This document shows positions 1 to 14,105 of a stretch of 64,000 nt of DNA, piece after piece. Every line of letters begins with the position of its first letter. The first letter of the stretch is position 1. Source of the stretch: Flaccisagitta enflata (taxonomy: Eukaryota). The DNA lies in contig OZ231126.1 in assembly GCA_965153355.1 (NCBI GenBank), positions 11,346,001 to 11,410,000 of the forward strand, in the 5' to 3' direction. The position numbers and the translations under genes are program-made. Under the pieces are notes generated by a model. The model was not told the DNA's origin and did no database searches. It saw only the letters and a list, made by a program, of their open reading frames with translations.

Positions 1-3000
1 GTCGTTAGGGGCTTATTTCCATCAGGGGATTTGGTGGTCTGTGTAGGTGGCTTGAGGATAAAGCGTCGTTAGGGGCTTATTTCCCATCAGGGTGGGATTT
101 GGTGGTCTGTGTAGGTGGCTTGAGCGATAAAGCGTGTCGTTAGGGGGTCATTTCCATCAGGGGTGGACGGTGGTTCGTGTAGGTGTATTTGAGCGGGACA
201 GCGTCGTTAGGGGCATTATTTCCATCAGGGTGGGATTTGGTGGTCTGTGCAGGTGGCTTGAGTGATAAAGTGTCGTTAGGGGGCTTATTCCATCAGGGTG
301 GATTTGGTGGTCTGTGTAGGTGGCTTGAGTGATAAAGTGTCGTAGGGGGTGGGGGCTATTTCCCATCAGGTGGGATTTGGTGGTCTGTGTAGGTGGCTTG
401 AGCGATATAAAGTGTCGTTAGGGGCTTATTTCCCATCAGGGTGGGATTTGGTGGTCTGTGCAGGGTGTTTGAGCGGGATAAAGTGTCGTTAGGGGCCTAT
501 TTCCCATCAGGGTGGGATTTGGTAGTCCGTGGTATGGCTTGAGCGGATAAAGTGTCGTTAGGGCTTTTCCCATCAGGTGGGATTTGGTGGTCTGTGTAGG
601 TAATGAGCGGATAAAGTGTCGCGAGGGCTTATTTCCATCAGGGTGGACGGTGGGTCTGTGTAGGTGGCTGGAGCGGGATAAAGTGTCATTAGGGGCTTAT
701 TTCATCAGGGTGGGATTTGGTGGTCTGTAGGTATTTGAGTGATAAAGTGTCGTTAGGGGCTTATTTCATCAGGGGATCGGTGGTCTGTGTAGGTGGCTTG
801 AGCGGGATAAAGTGTCGTTAGGGGCTTATTTCCCATCAGGGTGGGATTTGGTGGTCTGTGTAGGTGGCTTGGAGGGGATAAAGTGTCGTTAGGGGCTTAT
901 TTCATCAGGGTGGGATTTGTGGTGTCTGTGTAGGTGGCTTGGAGCTGGACAGTGTCTTTAGGGGCTTATTTCCATCAGGGTGGGATTTGGGTGGTCTGTG
1001 CAGGTGGCTTGAGAGTGATAAAGTGTCGTTAGGGGCTCATTTCCCATCAGGGTGGGATTTGGTGGTCTGTAGGTGGCTTGAGCGGGATAAAGTGTCACCG
1101 TTAGGGGCTTATTTCCACCAGGTGGATTGGTGGTCTGTGTAGGTGGCTTGAGCGGATAAAGTGGTCGTTAGGGCTTATTTCCCATCAGGGTGGGATTTGG
1201 TGGTCTGTGTAGGTGGCTTGGAGTGGATAAAGTGTTGTTAGGGCTTATTTCCCATCAGGGAGATTTGGTGGTCTGTGTAGGTGGCTTGAGTGACATAAAG
1301 TGTCGTTAGGGGCTTATTTCCATCAGGGTGGGATTTGGTGGTCTGTGTAGGTGGCTTGAGCGGGATGCGGCCTAGGGGCCTATTTCCCATCAGGTGGGAT
1401 TTGTGGTCTGTGAGTGATTTGAGCGGGATAAAGTGTCGTTAGGGGGCTTATTTCCCATCAGGGTGGGATCGGTGGTCTGTGTAGGTGGTCGGAGCGATAA
1501 AGTGTCGTTAGGGGCTTATTTCCCATCAGGTGGGACGGTGGTCTGGTAGGTGGCTTGAGTGATAAAGGTCGTTAGGGCTATTTCCCATCAGGTGGACGGT
1601 GGTCTGTGTAGGTGGTTTGAGCGGACAGCGTCATAGCTGGCTTCCCATCAGGTGGGATCGGTGGTCTGCAGGTGGCTTGAGCGGGATAAAGTGTCGCTGG
1701 AGGGGCCTATTTCCCATCAGGGTGGGATTTGGGTGGCTGTGTAGGTGGCTTGAGCGATAAAGTGTCGTTAGGGGCTTATTTCCCATCAGGGTGGGATTTG
1801 GTGGTCTGTAGGGTGGTTTGAGCGGATAAAGTGTCGTTAGGGGCTTATTTCCATCAGGGTGGGATTTGGTGGTCTGTGTAGGTGGCTTGAGCGGGATAAA
1901 GTGTCGTTAGGGCTTAATTTCCCATCAGGGTGGGATTTGGTGGTCTGTGTGGGTTGCTGAGCGGGATAGTGTTAGGGCTATTTCCCATCAGGGTGGGATT
2001 GGGTGGTCTGTGTAGGTGGCTTGAGCGGAATAAAGTGTCTGTTAGGGGCCATTTCACTCAGGGTGGGATTTGGTGTCCGTGTAGGAGGCTTGAGCGGGAT
2101 AAAGTGTTTAGGGGGCTTATTTCATCAGGGTGGGATTTGGGTGGTCTGTGCAGGTGGCTTGAGTGGATAAAGTGTCGTTAGGGCTCATTTCATCAGGGTG
2201 GATTTGGTGTAATCTGTAGGTGGCTTCTTGAGCGGGATAAAGTGTCGTTAGGGGCTCTTTTCCCATCAGGGTGGGATTTGGTGGTCTGTGTAGGTGGCTT
2301 GAGCGGGATAAAGTGTCGTTAGGGGCTCTTTTCCCATCAGGGTGGGATTTGGTGGTCTGGTGAGGTGGCTTGAGCGGATAAAGTGTCGTTAGGGGTATTT
2401 CCCATCAGGGTGGGATTTGGTGGTCTGTGCAGGTGGCTTGAGCGGGATAAAGTGTCGTTAGGGGCTTATTTCCCATCAGGGTGGGATTTGGTGGTCTGCA
2501 TAGGTGGCTTGAGCTGATAAAGTGTCGTTTTAGGGGCTCATTTCCCATCAGGTGGATCTGGTGGTCTGTGTAGGTGGCTTGAGCGATAAAGTGTCGTTAG
2601 GGGCTTATTTCCCATCAGGGTGGGATTGGGTGGTCTGTGTAGGTGGCTTGAGCGGGATAAAGTGTCGTTAGGGGCTTATTTCCGCATCAGGGTGGGATTT
2701 GGTGGTCTGTGTAGGCTTGAGCGGATAAAGTGGTTTCGTTAGGGGGCCTATTTCCATCAGGGTGGGACGGTGGTCTGTGTAGGTGGCTTGAGCGGATAAA
2801 GTGTCGTTAGGGGTCATTTCCACCTTCAGGTGGGATTTGGTGGTCTGTGTAGGTGGCTTGAGCGGATAGGAATGTCGTTAGGGGGCTTATTTCCCATCAG
2901 GGTGGGATTTGGTGGTCTGTGTAGGTGGCTTGAGCGGGATAAAGTGTCGTTAGGGGCTTATTTCCCATCAGGGTGGGACGGTGGTCTGTGTAGGTGGCTG

Positions 3001-5860
3001 AGCGATAAAGTGTCGTTAGGGGCTTATTTCCCATCAGGGTGGGATTTGGTGGTTCGTAGGTGGCTTGAGTGGATGTCTAGGGGCTTATTTCCCATCAGGG
3101 TGGGATTGGGTGGTCTGTGTAGGTGGCTTGAGCGGGATAAAGTGTCGTTAGGGGCTTATTTCCCATCAGGGTGGGATTGGGTGGTCTGTGTAGGTGGCTT
3201 GAGCGGGATAAAGTGTCGTTAGGGGCTGCTCTCCATCAGGGTGACGGTGGTCTGTGTAGGCTTGAGCGACAAAGGCCGTAGGGGCTTCTATTTCCATCAG
3301 GTGGGACGGTGGTCCGTGTAGGTGGCTTGAGCGGGATAAAGTGTCGCTAGGGGCTTATTTCCCATCAGGGTGGGATTTGGTGGTCTGTGTAGGTGGCTTG
3401 AGCGGGATAAAGTGTCGTTAGGGGCTTATTTCCCATCAGGGTGGGATTGGGTGGTCTGTGTAGGTGGCTTGAGCGGGATAAAGTGTCGTTAGGGGCTTAT
3501 TTCCCATCAGGGTGGGATTGGGTGGTCTGTGTAGGTGGCTTGAGCGGGATAAAGTGTCGTTAGGGGCTTATTTCCCATCAGGGTGGGATTGGGTGGTCTG
3601 TGTAGGTGGCTTGAGTGATAAAGTGTCGTTAGGGGGCTTATTTCCCATCAGGGTGGGATTTGGGGTGGTCTGTGTAGGTGGCTTGAGCGGATAAAGTGGT
3701 CGTTAGGGCCTATCATCAGGTGGGATTGTGTCTCGTGTAGGTGGCTTGAGCGGATAAAGTGTCGTTAGGGGCTTATTTCCCATCAGGGTGTGACTTGGTG
3801 GTCTGTGTAGGTGGCTTGAGCGGGATAAAGTGTCGTTAGGGGTTTATTTCACATCAGGGTGGATTGGGTGGTCTGCAGGTGGTTTGCTTTGGACAAAGTG
3901 TCGTTAGGGGCTTATTTCCCATCAGGGTGGGATTGGGTGGTCTGTGTAGGTGGCTTGAGCTGCCAGTGTCATAGGGGCTTATTTCCCATCAGGTGTGATT
4001 GGGTGGTCTGTGTAGGTGGCTTGAGCGGGATAAAGTGTCATGCAGGGGCTTATTTCCCATCAGGGTGGGATTTGGGTGGTCTGTGTAGGGTGGCTTGAGC
4101 GGGATAAAGTGTCGTAAGATAGGGGCTTATTTCCCATCAGGGTGGGATTTAGTGGTCTGTGTAGGTGGTTTGAGCGGATAAAGGCCTAGGGGCTTACTTC
4201 CATCAGGGTGATTTGGGGTGGTCTGTGTAGGTGGCTTGGCGGATAAAGTGTCGTTAGGGGCTTATTTCCCATCAGGGTGGGATTGGGTGGTCTGTGTAGG
4301 TAGTTTGATGTGGGATAAAGTGTCGTTAGGGGCTCTTTTCCATCAGGGTGGGACTGGGGTGGTCTGTAGGCTTGAGTGATAAAGTGCCTAGGGGCTATTT
4401 CCCATCAGGGTGGGATTGGGTGGTCTGTGTGTGTGGCTCGAGCAGGATAAAGTGTCGTTAGGGGCTGTTTCCCATCAGGGTGGGATTGGGTGGTCTGTGT
4501 AGGTGGCTTGAGCGGGATAAAGTGTCGTTAGGGGCTGGCTTCCATCAGGGTGGGATTATGGTCTGTGGTAAGTGGCTTGAGCGGGATAAAGTGTCGTTAG
4601 CTTATTTCCCATCAGGGTGGGATTGGGTGGTCTGTGTAGGTGGCTTGAGCGGGATAAAGTGTCGTTAGGGGCTTATTTCCCATCAGGGTGGGATTTGGTG
4701 GTCTGTGTAGGTGGCTTGAGCGGATAAAGTGTCGTTAGGGGCTTATTTTCCATCAGGGTGATTGGGTGGTCTGTAGGTTTGAGCGGATAAAGTGCCTAGG
4801 GGCTTATTTCCCATCAGGGTGGGATTGGGTGGTCTGTGTAGGTAGTTTGAGCGGGACAAAGGGTCGTTAGGGGCTCATTTCCCATCAGGGTGGATTGGGG
4901 TGGTCTGTGTAGGTGGCTTGAGCGGATGCAGCGGTCGTTAGGGCTTTATTTCCTATCAGGTGGGATTGGTGGTCTCTGTAGGTGGCTTGAGCGGGATAAA
5001 GTGTCGTTAGGGCTCTTTTCCTATCAGGGTGGGATTAAGTGTCTGTAGGTGGCTTGAGTGATAAAGTGTTTAGGGGCTCTTTTCCATCAGGGTGATTTGG
5101 TGGTCTGTGTAGGTGGCTTACGCGGGATAAAAAGTCATTAGGGACCAATTTTCCATCAGGTTGGGATATGGTGGTGGTCTGTGTAGGTGGCTTGAGCGGG
5201 ATAAAGTGTCGTTAGGGGCTTATTTCCCATCAGGTGGACGGTGGTCTGTGTAGGTGGCTTGAGAGCGATAAAGTGTCGCGAGGGGCTTTTTTCCCATCAG
5301 GTGGACGGTGGTCTGTAGGTGGCTTGAGCGGGATAAAGTGTCGTTAGGGGCCTCTTTCCATCAGGGTGGGATTTGGTGGTCTGTGTAGGTGGCCTGAGCG
5401 GGATAAAGTGTCAGGGGCCTATTCCATCAGGGTGGGATTTGTGGTCTGTGAGGCTTGAGCGATAAAGTGTCAGGGGAATTTTCCATCAGGGTGGGATTTG
5501 GTGGTCTGTAGGTGGCTTGAGCGATAAAGTGTCGTTAGGGGCTTATTTCCATCAGGGTGGGATTTGGTGGTCTGTGTAGGTGGCTTGAGCGGGATAAAGT
5601 GTCGTTAGGGGCTTATTTCCCATCAGGGTGGGATTTGGTGGTCTGTGTAGGTGGCTTGAGCGGGATAAAGTGTCGTTAGGGGCTTATTTCCCATCAGGGT
5701 GGGATTTGGTGGTCTGTGTAGGTGGCTTGAGCGGGATAAAGTGTCGTTAGGGGCTTATTTCCCATCAGGGTGGGATTTGGTGGTCTGTGTAGGTGGCTTG
5801 AGCGGGATAAAGTGTCGTTAGGGGCTTATTTCCCATCAGGGTGGGATTTGGTGGTCTGTG
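1..5860 (+). repeat. 71-bp G-rich tandem satellite, ~80 copies, running off the left edge of the window
   Basis: Unit GTCGTTAGGGGCTTATTTCCCATCAGGGTGGGATTTGGTGGTCTGTGTAGGTGGCTTGAGCGGGATAAAGT; perfect copies start at 5601, 5672, 5743 (71-bp period). No spacers. Confidence 0.97.
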
Positions 5861-6656
5861 CAATGTCAATGCTGATAAACGTTTCACGTTTGACATTAAT
5901 TGTCAAGGGAGGACCTTTTTTCGTAATGCAATCGGCAAAGAGGGTCTCAAAGAAATATTTGAAGTCAAAGAAGCATTTCCATCATTGATATCTAGCAGAA
6001 AGCTACTAGCGATTTACCTGAATTGGCAAATGTTTTAGCTTTTCCCCCAGCTCTTTCACGGACTTTGAAAAAAATCATGAATTTTGGTCAAAATGAACAT
6101 GATTTTGAGAACCTGATATTTTTATGTTTCAGATGATTCTGAATCGAATGAGACTGACTTTTTTATACCAAAAAATTTTACCACAACCCCTGACCCCCAG
6201 CCACTAGGGGCCCCTTGGGGGGCCCGGGGGCACCATTAAGCTTTGGCAATCGCCGATTCTAATCCCCCTGAACCACAAGATTGCAAATCAGTCATAGGTT
6301 ACTTCCATAATTGAGTTCTGAAAATTCGACTTTTTCGCCTCCAAATGTGAGTCTGCCGCTGGAAATCACCTAATTTTAACATTTTTTAACTTTTTAACTT
6401 TTTGAACTTTCTATTTTTTAACTTTTTAACTTTTTTTAACTTTTTTTAACCTTTTTTAATTTTTTTTAACTTTTTAACATTTTTTAACTTTTTTTAACTT
6501 TTTGTAACTTTTAAAAATCAGGTTAAAAAGTTAAAAAGTTAAAAAAAGTTAAAAAAAGTTAAAAATTTTTTAACCCTCCTACCCCTGTACATATGTCACA
6601 TGATCAATACACGCTGAGACACAGCCCGGACGCATCGTTGCCCGGTCGGGCTTGTT

Positions 6657-7134
6657 AGATTCTTCCTCGCATCTCTTTAAGAGGTCATGTCTATCCATCA
6701 CATAAACGTTTCAATCACAAAATGCAAAATGCGAGGCACTTTTATAGAAAAAAAAAACAGCATCAAACAACTCTCGCACATTCTTTTATTTGACCATTTC
6801 TCTAATTCATTCATTCATTCATTCATTCAATAATTCATTCATTCATTCATAAGCAACGTTCATTCATAACGTGGCTGGATACACGGCTACCGAAGTCGCG
6901 TGTGGGTGGGCAGGGGCCATATTTGAGGTCATCAGACCATTTGGGCAGGAGCAGTGAGGTCAAAGAAGTAAAATCATAAAAAAAAGTAAAGTATGACCGA
7001 TCGACCGACCAACCGACCAACCGACCAACCAACCAACCGACCGACCAACGGACAAAGCGGATTGTTGAGTCGCATGCACGCCACTAAAAATGTTCATTCG
7101 GAGAGGACGCATTGTTGGCCTACTTGGCCTTGTT
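6657..7134 (+). mobile_element. Helentron/DINE-like non-autonomous element (family C) with a family A element nested in reverse orientation (~6874-7085)
   Basis: Degenerate 5' end agattcttcctcgcatct-ctttaagagg; (CATT)n core; 3' end ggacgcatt-gtt-GGCC tactt GGCC-ttgtt. The inner copy has ggatacacggc...gtcgcgtg, (ACCG/ACCA)n and cgccactaaaaa. Confidence 0.7.
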
Positions 7135-7573
7135 TGCATCAGTGCCACTATCAAAAATGCCTTGATGGCCCTCTACACTGTCCCTCATGAGGCCACACTT
7201 CCTACATGAGACATTTCCTTCTTAAGAGGAAGCCGCTGCCACGAAAGGCTGAATATATACGTCGGAGCAATTTTTCTAAATCAAAATCGCAAACCAAAAA
7301 GACACACTGACAGACCAATGCGGTCGAGTAAACAGTTGAGTAAGCGCTGCTAAAAGTGAGACGCACATTTAGAGGCTTAGTGAAGCCGAGCACAAAAGAC
7401 GCATTTTCTCAATGTGCAGCCCTTTTGTTTTCATCCTCGTAATTATTTCCCAATTTCCGCCATCTTTAAGCTTTTAAGAACTAAAATAGGCAACCTTCTC
7501 TTCTTTTTTTGAACGTTTGGCACGTTGGTCGATTACTTAGGCAAAACATTAAAGAACGTTTTTAGGTATTTTT

Positions 7574-7768
7574 AGTCGCGTGCTACGCGACTCTTTACCC
7601 GGCTTTGTCGGTCCGTTGGTCCGTCCGTTCATCCGTCCGTCACACTATACTTTTCTTGTTTTTTTGCGGTCTTTGGCCTCACTGCTCCTGCCCAAGTGAT
7701 CAAGTGACCTCCAATATGGCCCCTGTCTACCCGCACGCGACTGGAGTAGCCGTGTATCCAGCCTTGTT
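7574..7768 (+). mobile_element. Helentron/DINE-like non-autonomous element, family A
   Basis: TT|AGTCGCGT gct ACGCGACT 5' hairpin; (GTCC)n microsatellite; 3' subTIR GCACGCGACT; terminal stem-loop gccgtgtatccagcc; ends in TTGTT. Confidence 0.8.
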
Positions 7769-7796
7769 ACTTATCGACCTACGCGAATTATATCTG

Positions 7797-8057
<261 letters not shown>

Positions 8058-8157
8058 CTCTCCATCAGCCTAGCGCTGCCATGTCGTAGTCTCGCTGTTG
8101 GTTGTCATTCTGGTTGTCATAGTTGCAGTTGTTTATATTCCCTCACGTATTTTTTTG

Positions 8158-10915
8158 TCAAGATTCAAGATTCAAACAGTTTATTTCCCCGAAGGCGCAT
8201 ATAACAGCAATATGACGATGTATCAGCGGGGGAGGACCATGCCTAAGCCCTTCATGTCAAATAATGATATACTTTCTATGTTTTTGTTAAGGATATCGAC
8301 GGGCTTGTTCATGTCGACCCTCTTGATTTCAATTACAATTGCAGGATACATATGAGATTAAAACAGAAAACACAAAACGCACAAGATCACATAATATTAG
8401 AAAACAATCAAGTGAATGGCTTGACTTACGAATACGTTGGTAAAATAAATAAGAAATATGTACAATAACTCAGCAACAAGGTAGTGGTAATAAATAAAAA
8501 CATGACGTACGAGTACATCTAACAATAAAAATTCTGTAATATAAGAAAAAGGAATAAATAAGCGTCTATTAAGTGTAATATTTTTTGTTTCCAAGAATTC
8601 CATTGATGGTATAGAAGGCATTGTGAATTTTCTTAATTTTCATTTAGACTGACGCAAAGTGAAACAAACACCACCCATAATCAAAGCAGGATCAAATATG
8701 AATAGTGACTAATACCTGGTGTGGTGACAACTAAAATGCAAATGGATGTATGATACCGATGTCAAAACAGTTATTCCACAGATAGTTAGTAGCCCAGCCC
8801 TCCCACAGAGAATCCCTTGCCCCGTGGGTGCTGGTGTTCAGTCTACAATCAAGTTATCAGGAATTGCAAATAAGGCTGCAAATAGGCTTTTTGAGACATT
8901 TGTTAATTTGTATACATGAATAACAAATTTGTTTTCTTTATAGCTTGCAAATTGTAAACACAGTATTAATGCGACCATGGCTGCATAAAATACAACCAAG
9001 GAAGGACAGTAGGTCCCGTGAGGGACAATCAGTAAGACCATAAAGGTCGCCCATCAAGACAATGAAGTCTTGACGGAATCAGTAGGACTATAGAAATTAG
9101 AATGTGTTTAGTGAAGTGGTTTGTTTTTTGTCAGAGAAAGAAAAAAAAAGTTTTATAGGGAAAACTTAATGATAACCTAACCTTACCTAGCCTAACCTAA
9201 CCTTAACCTAACCTAACCAAACCAAACTGAGTTAGCTTGTGCTTGATACTGTAGTACTATGAGTGATGTTTCTTGTCTTTGCATCTAGGATTTGTACAAT
9301 CACTTTTGTGGGCATATTTATTAAGTAGTGATTTTTTCAACTGTCTTTTGAAAAGGGCTTTCTGATCTATTTTTCTTAAGTCACTAATGGTGTTATTCCA
9401 AAGTTTAGGGGCAATAGCACTGAAACTATTAGAGGCGGCTCTGGATTTATAGTTGGGCACTTTTAGGTCAAGAGTACTTGGAGCCTGGCCCCTAAGATTG
9501 TACTCACGAATATACTGAGCGCTGCAAAGGTTCTGTATCTTTTTTGGTGCATGCTGGTAGAAGCAATCATGCATAAGCAATAAGCACTGCTGCTCATAGA
9601 GGTCATTAAACTTTAGTAGTCCAAGTTGTTTCATTCTAGGTTCTGTATGGGCGGAGAAGTAGGACTTAGTTATTGTTCTTATTGCTCTTTTTTGAATATT
9701 TATAATTCTTTTTTTATTTTGGGCACTGCATCCGCCCCAAGCAGGCAATCCATAGAGCACATGTGGTTGAATGAATGAGTGGTAAAGAATTTTTAAGGTT
9801 GGAGGAGGGAGCAGATTCTTTACTCTGTTTATCATGCTGTTGCTTCGAGCTATCTTGTTTGCTACATTAGTGCAATGCTTTTCCCAGCTTAGAGTATTAT
9901 CTATGGTTATACCTAAAAATTGTGCATCATCATAGATACCAAGTTTTTCTCCATCAAGGTAGATCTCAGGGAGCTTTTGATTTTTTGGTAGGGATTTTTT
10001 CCTAAAAATTACTGTTTTAGTTTTCTTAGGGTTAAGTTTCAACTGGTTTGCTTTAAAGTAGTCATTTATGCCTTCAAGTTCTTGATTAAGATTGGACAAA
10101 GCTTCAAAATTATTACCCTGTATTAACAGGTTGGTATCGTCAGCAAAGGTTACACACTTAAGGTTTGAAGCAGAAGGGAGGTCATTAACATAAAGAAGGA
10201 AAAGAAGGGGTCCTAAGATGCTGCCTTGCGGAACTCCTGTCGATAATAGTAATTTAGAGCTACTATATCCATTAAGATCAACATATTGATAGCGATTACT
10301 AAGGTATGACTCAAACCACTTGAGAGCTGTTCCACGGATTCCGTAATGGTCAAGTTTTTCAAGTAAAATTGAGTGATTTAAGGTATCAAAAGCCTTACTA
10401 AGGTCACAAAATACACCAATTGCATAGTTACCCATTTCGATACATTCCTCAATATTTTTAATGAAGTCAAGGGTTGCATGAGTGGTATTGTGACCTGTAC
10501 GAAATCCATATTGTGACTCAAAGAGAATCTCATACCGGACCAGGAACTCAAAGACCTTATTATAGATAAGACGTTCTATGATTTTAGAAAATATTGGTAA
10601 TAATGATATGGGTCTATAATTTTCATAGAGGTGTTTATCTCCTTTGAGTTTGTATACAGGTACAACTCTGGCTATCTTTCCGTTCTCTGGAAAAATTCCG
10701 GTTTTCTGAGAGCAATTAACTAAGTGTGCCAAAACTGGTGCCAAAATTTCTATGTCGCTTAGAATGATGTTTTGTTTAAATCCAGCAGAATCCTTACTGG
10801 TTTTAGGGGTGAACTTTTTACATACTTCTATGATATCATGGTGGGTAACATCATTTAGGAGGAGTGAATTTGTATTTCGTGCAGTGTGATTGTGTAGGTG
10901 TACCCCATAAATCAT
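8158..10915 (-). mobile_element. 5'-truncated non-LTR retrotransposon (CR1/L2-group LINE) with ~1.1-kb 3' UTR
   Basis: RT ORF at 9257-10915 (-). The minus-strand 3' end reads AAATAAACTGT followed by (TTGAATC)x2 TTGA at 8158-8186, a polyA signal plus short tandem tail typical of this group. No endonuclease domain upstream, so 5'-truncated. No clear TSD. Confidence 0.85.
9257..10915 (-). CDS. LINE ORF2 fragment: reverse transcriptase domain and C-terminus (552 aa open frame, N-terminally truncated)
   Basis: Motifs YRPISLLPIFSKIIE, QYGFR, DLSKAFD, GVPQGSILGPLLFLLYVNDLP, FADDT, FLGITID..LSW; no internal stops. Confidence 0.93.
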   Translation of the reverse strand: MIYGVHLHNHTARNTNSLLLNDVTHHDIIEVCKKFTPKTSKDSAGFKQNIILSDIEILAPVLAHLVNCSQKTGIFPENGKIARVVPVYKLKGDKHLYENYRPISLLPIFSKIIERLIYNKVFEFLVRYEILFESQYGFRTGHNTTHATLDFIKNIEECIEMGNYAIGVFCDLSKAFDTLNHSILLEKLDHYGIRGTALKWFESYLSNRYQYVDLNGYSSSKLLLSTGVPQGSILGPLLFLLYVNDLPSASNLKCVTFADDTNLLIQGNNFEALSNLNQELEGINDYFKANQLKLNPKKTKTVIFRKKSLPKNQKLPEIYLDGEKLGIYDDAQFLGITIDNTLSWEKHCTNVANKIARSNSMINRVKNLLPPPTLKILYHSFIQPHVLYGLPAWGGCSAQNKKRIINIQKRAIRTITKSYFSAHTEPRMKQLGLLKFNDLYEQQCLLLMHDCFYQHAPKKIQNLCSAQYIREYNLRGQAPSTLDLKVPNYKSRAASNSFSAIAPKLWNNTISDLRKIDQKALFKRQLKKSLLNKYAHKSDCTNPRCKDKKHHS

Positions 10916-11003
10916 GTATCGAATAAAGGAGGGAAAAAACTAGTGAGAAGCGGGGGACAGTTATATCTATTACTCTCGAAAAACCTTAGAGAAATCGAGA
11001 GAG

Positions 11004-11198
<195 letters not shown>

Positions 11199-12514
11199 TG
11201 TGCGTTATGTCACATTTTGATACCATTTGCATATCGCCGTGTAAGTTCAAAATTGATCGCAATGAATGATGTTATCAAATCAAGCTTAGCTCAAGCCATC
11301 CGATTCATGAAGCTTATGTAGATAATGAAATATCCCTTTTGGAGGTGGTTAAAAAAGTTACAAATCCTGATTTAATGCCTTGTTAGTGAGGGCGATCCTG
11401 GCTACTATCGAGCCGCTACGGGATTGCCTAGTTGAGATACCGCATCATGATTCAACCTCGAGCTATTTCACGCACACAAACACTCACACTCGCCTAACAC
11501 ACACAGACGTACCGACGGGCAGACCAACAAAGACTCTCACAGATTCGCGATTCCGCGACTAAAACACAATATTCAAGAGCAGAGCAGAGCAGACTAACAT
11601 AATGTGACAACTTTGCACACTCGAGGACCTCAATTCAGAAAACGATTTAACTCAAACGAATTCATTCCCATTCTCCTCCCACGTCTTATTTCTACGTCAC
11701 GTATAAGATGCTATAACTTCTTAAACGCGTGCAAGTGATTCCGTTAGCCTCTTCGTTGGTCTGTCGGTTTGTCATTTCATCAGGCTTTTTTGATCTCTCC
11801 AAGCAGTTTTTGCGGCACTGTCTCCTCCCATCACCAATATGTCCTCTGCCTCACTGATCCTGGCTACCCGCGCGTTTATAGTCAGCTTCTATGGTAGTTC
11901 TATGGTAATTTTTTTCCGGGGGGGGGTAACTGGTCTTACAAGGCTTTCATCCTTTGTAAATTGGAGAATTCTGGCCTCCTTTTGTAAGGGCAATGTTGTT
12001 TCAACTTTCATAACAAGTTAAGTTAAGCAAGTAGTGTTTTGGGTTAGACTCAGAATGGATGTTTGCTAAGTGAGTTTCGCTAAATGGAAAACTAAGAGTG
12101 ATGCGCGTAGAAACTAGTCATATTATTCTGTTTAGGTATAGTTAGGGATATTGCTCCACCTATCATAAAACAATAGCAAGTTTCCTAAGGAGATCTAAAA
12201 GAAATTGTCACTTTTTTATGTAAGACCTGGTACCAAATGTGTTTCTGAGTAGTTGTTGGCTGCACTCCCCCTGTCCACCCACCACAGGCAATTTGGGCAA
12301 CTGACTTAATGGCCTTGTTCTTTTCTGAAGAAAACCACTCGTGCTTACGATGGCACGACGTTCTAAATTCAATCTAAGTCTTTATCTACGTCGGAATTTT
12401 GCTCTTTTTTTCTCCCAATTTTACACACCAGAGGCTCTGCAGAGGCTCTCTGCGTGCGTTTGGGGAGCATTAATTTCATTTCTTTGATGCTTCCTCGGCG
12501 CAGATCGTGCCATC

Positions 12515-14105
<1,591 letters not shown>

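Noticed and set aside
1-5860. CRISPR array or protein-coding ORFs (GGLCRWLERDKVSLGAYFPSGWD...) in the 71-bp repeat
   Set aside because: Units are head-to-tail with no unique spacers; the ORFs are frame-cycling translations of the repeat.
7574-7768. Family A/C/D/E elements as tRNA-derived SINEs
   Set aside because: No recognisable A/B boxes, polyA tail or TSD; subTIRs, stem-loops and TT flanks fit Helentron-type elements better.
9173-9218. True telomere or chromosome end
   Set aside because: Short, degenerate and internal to a LINE 3' UTR.
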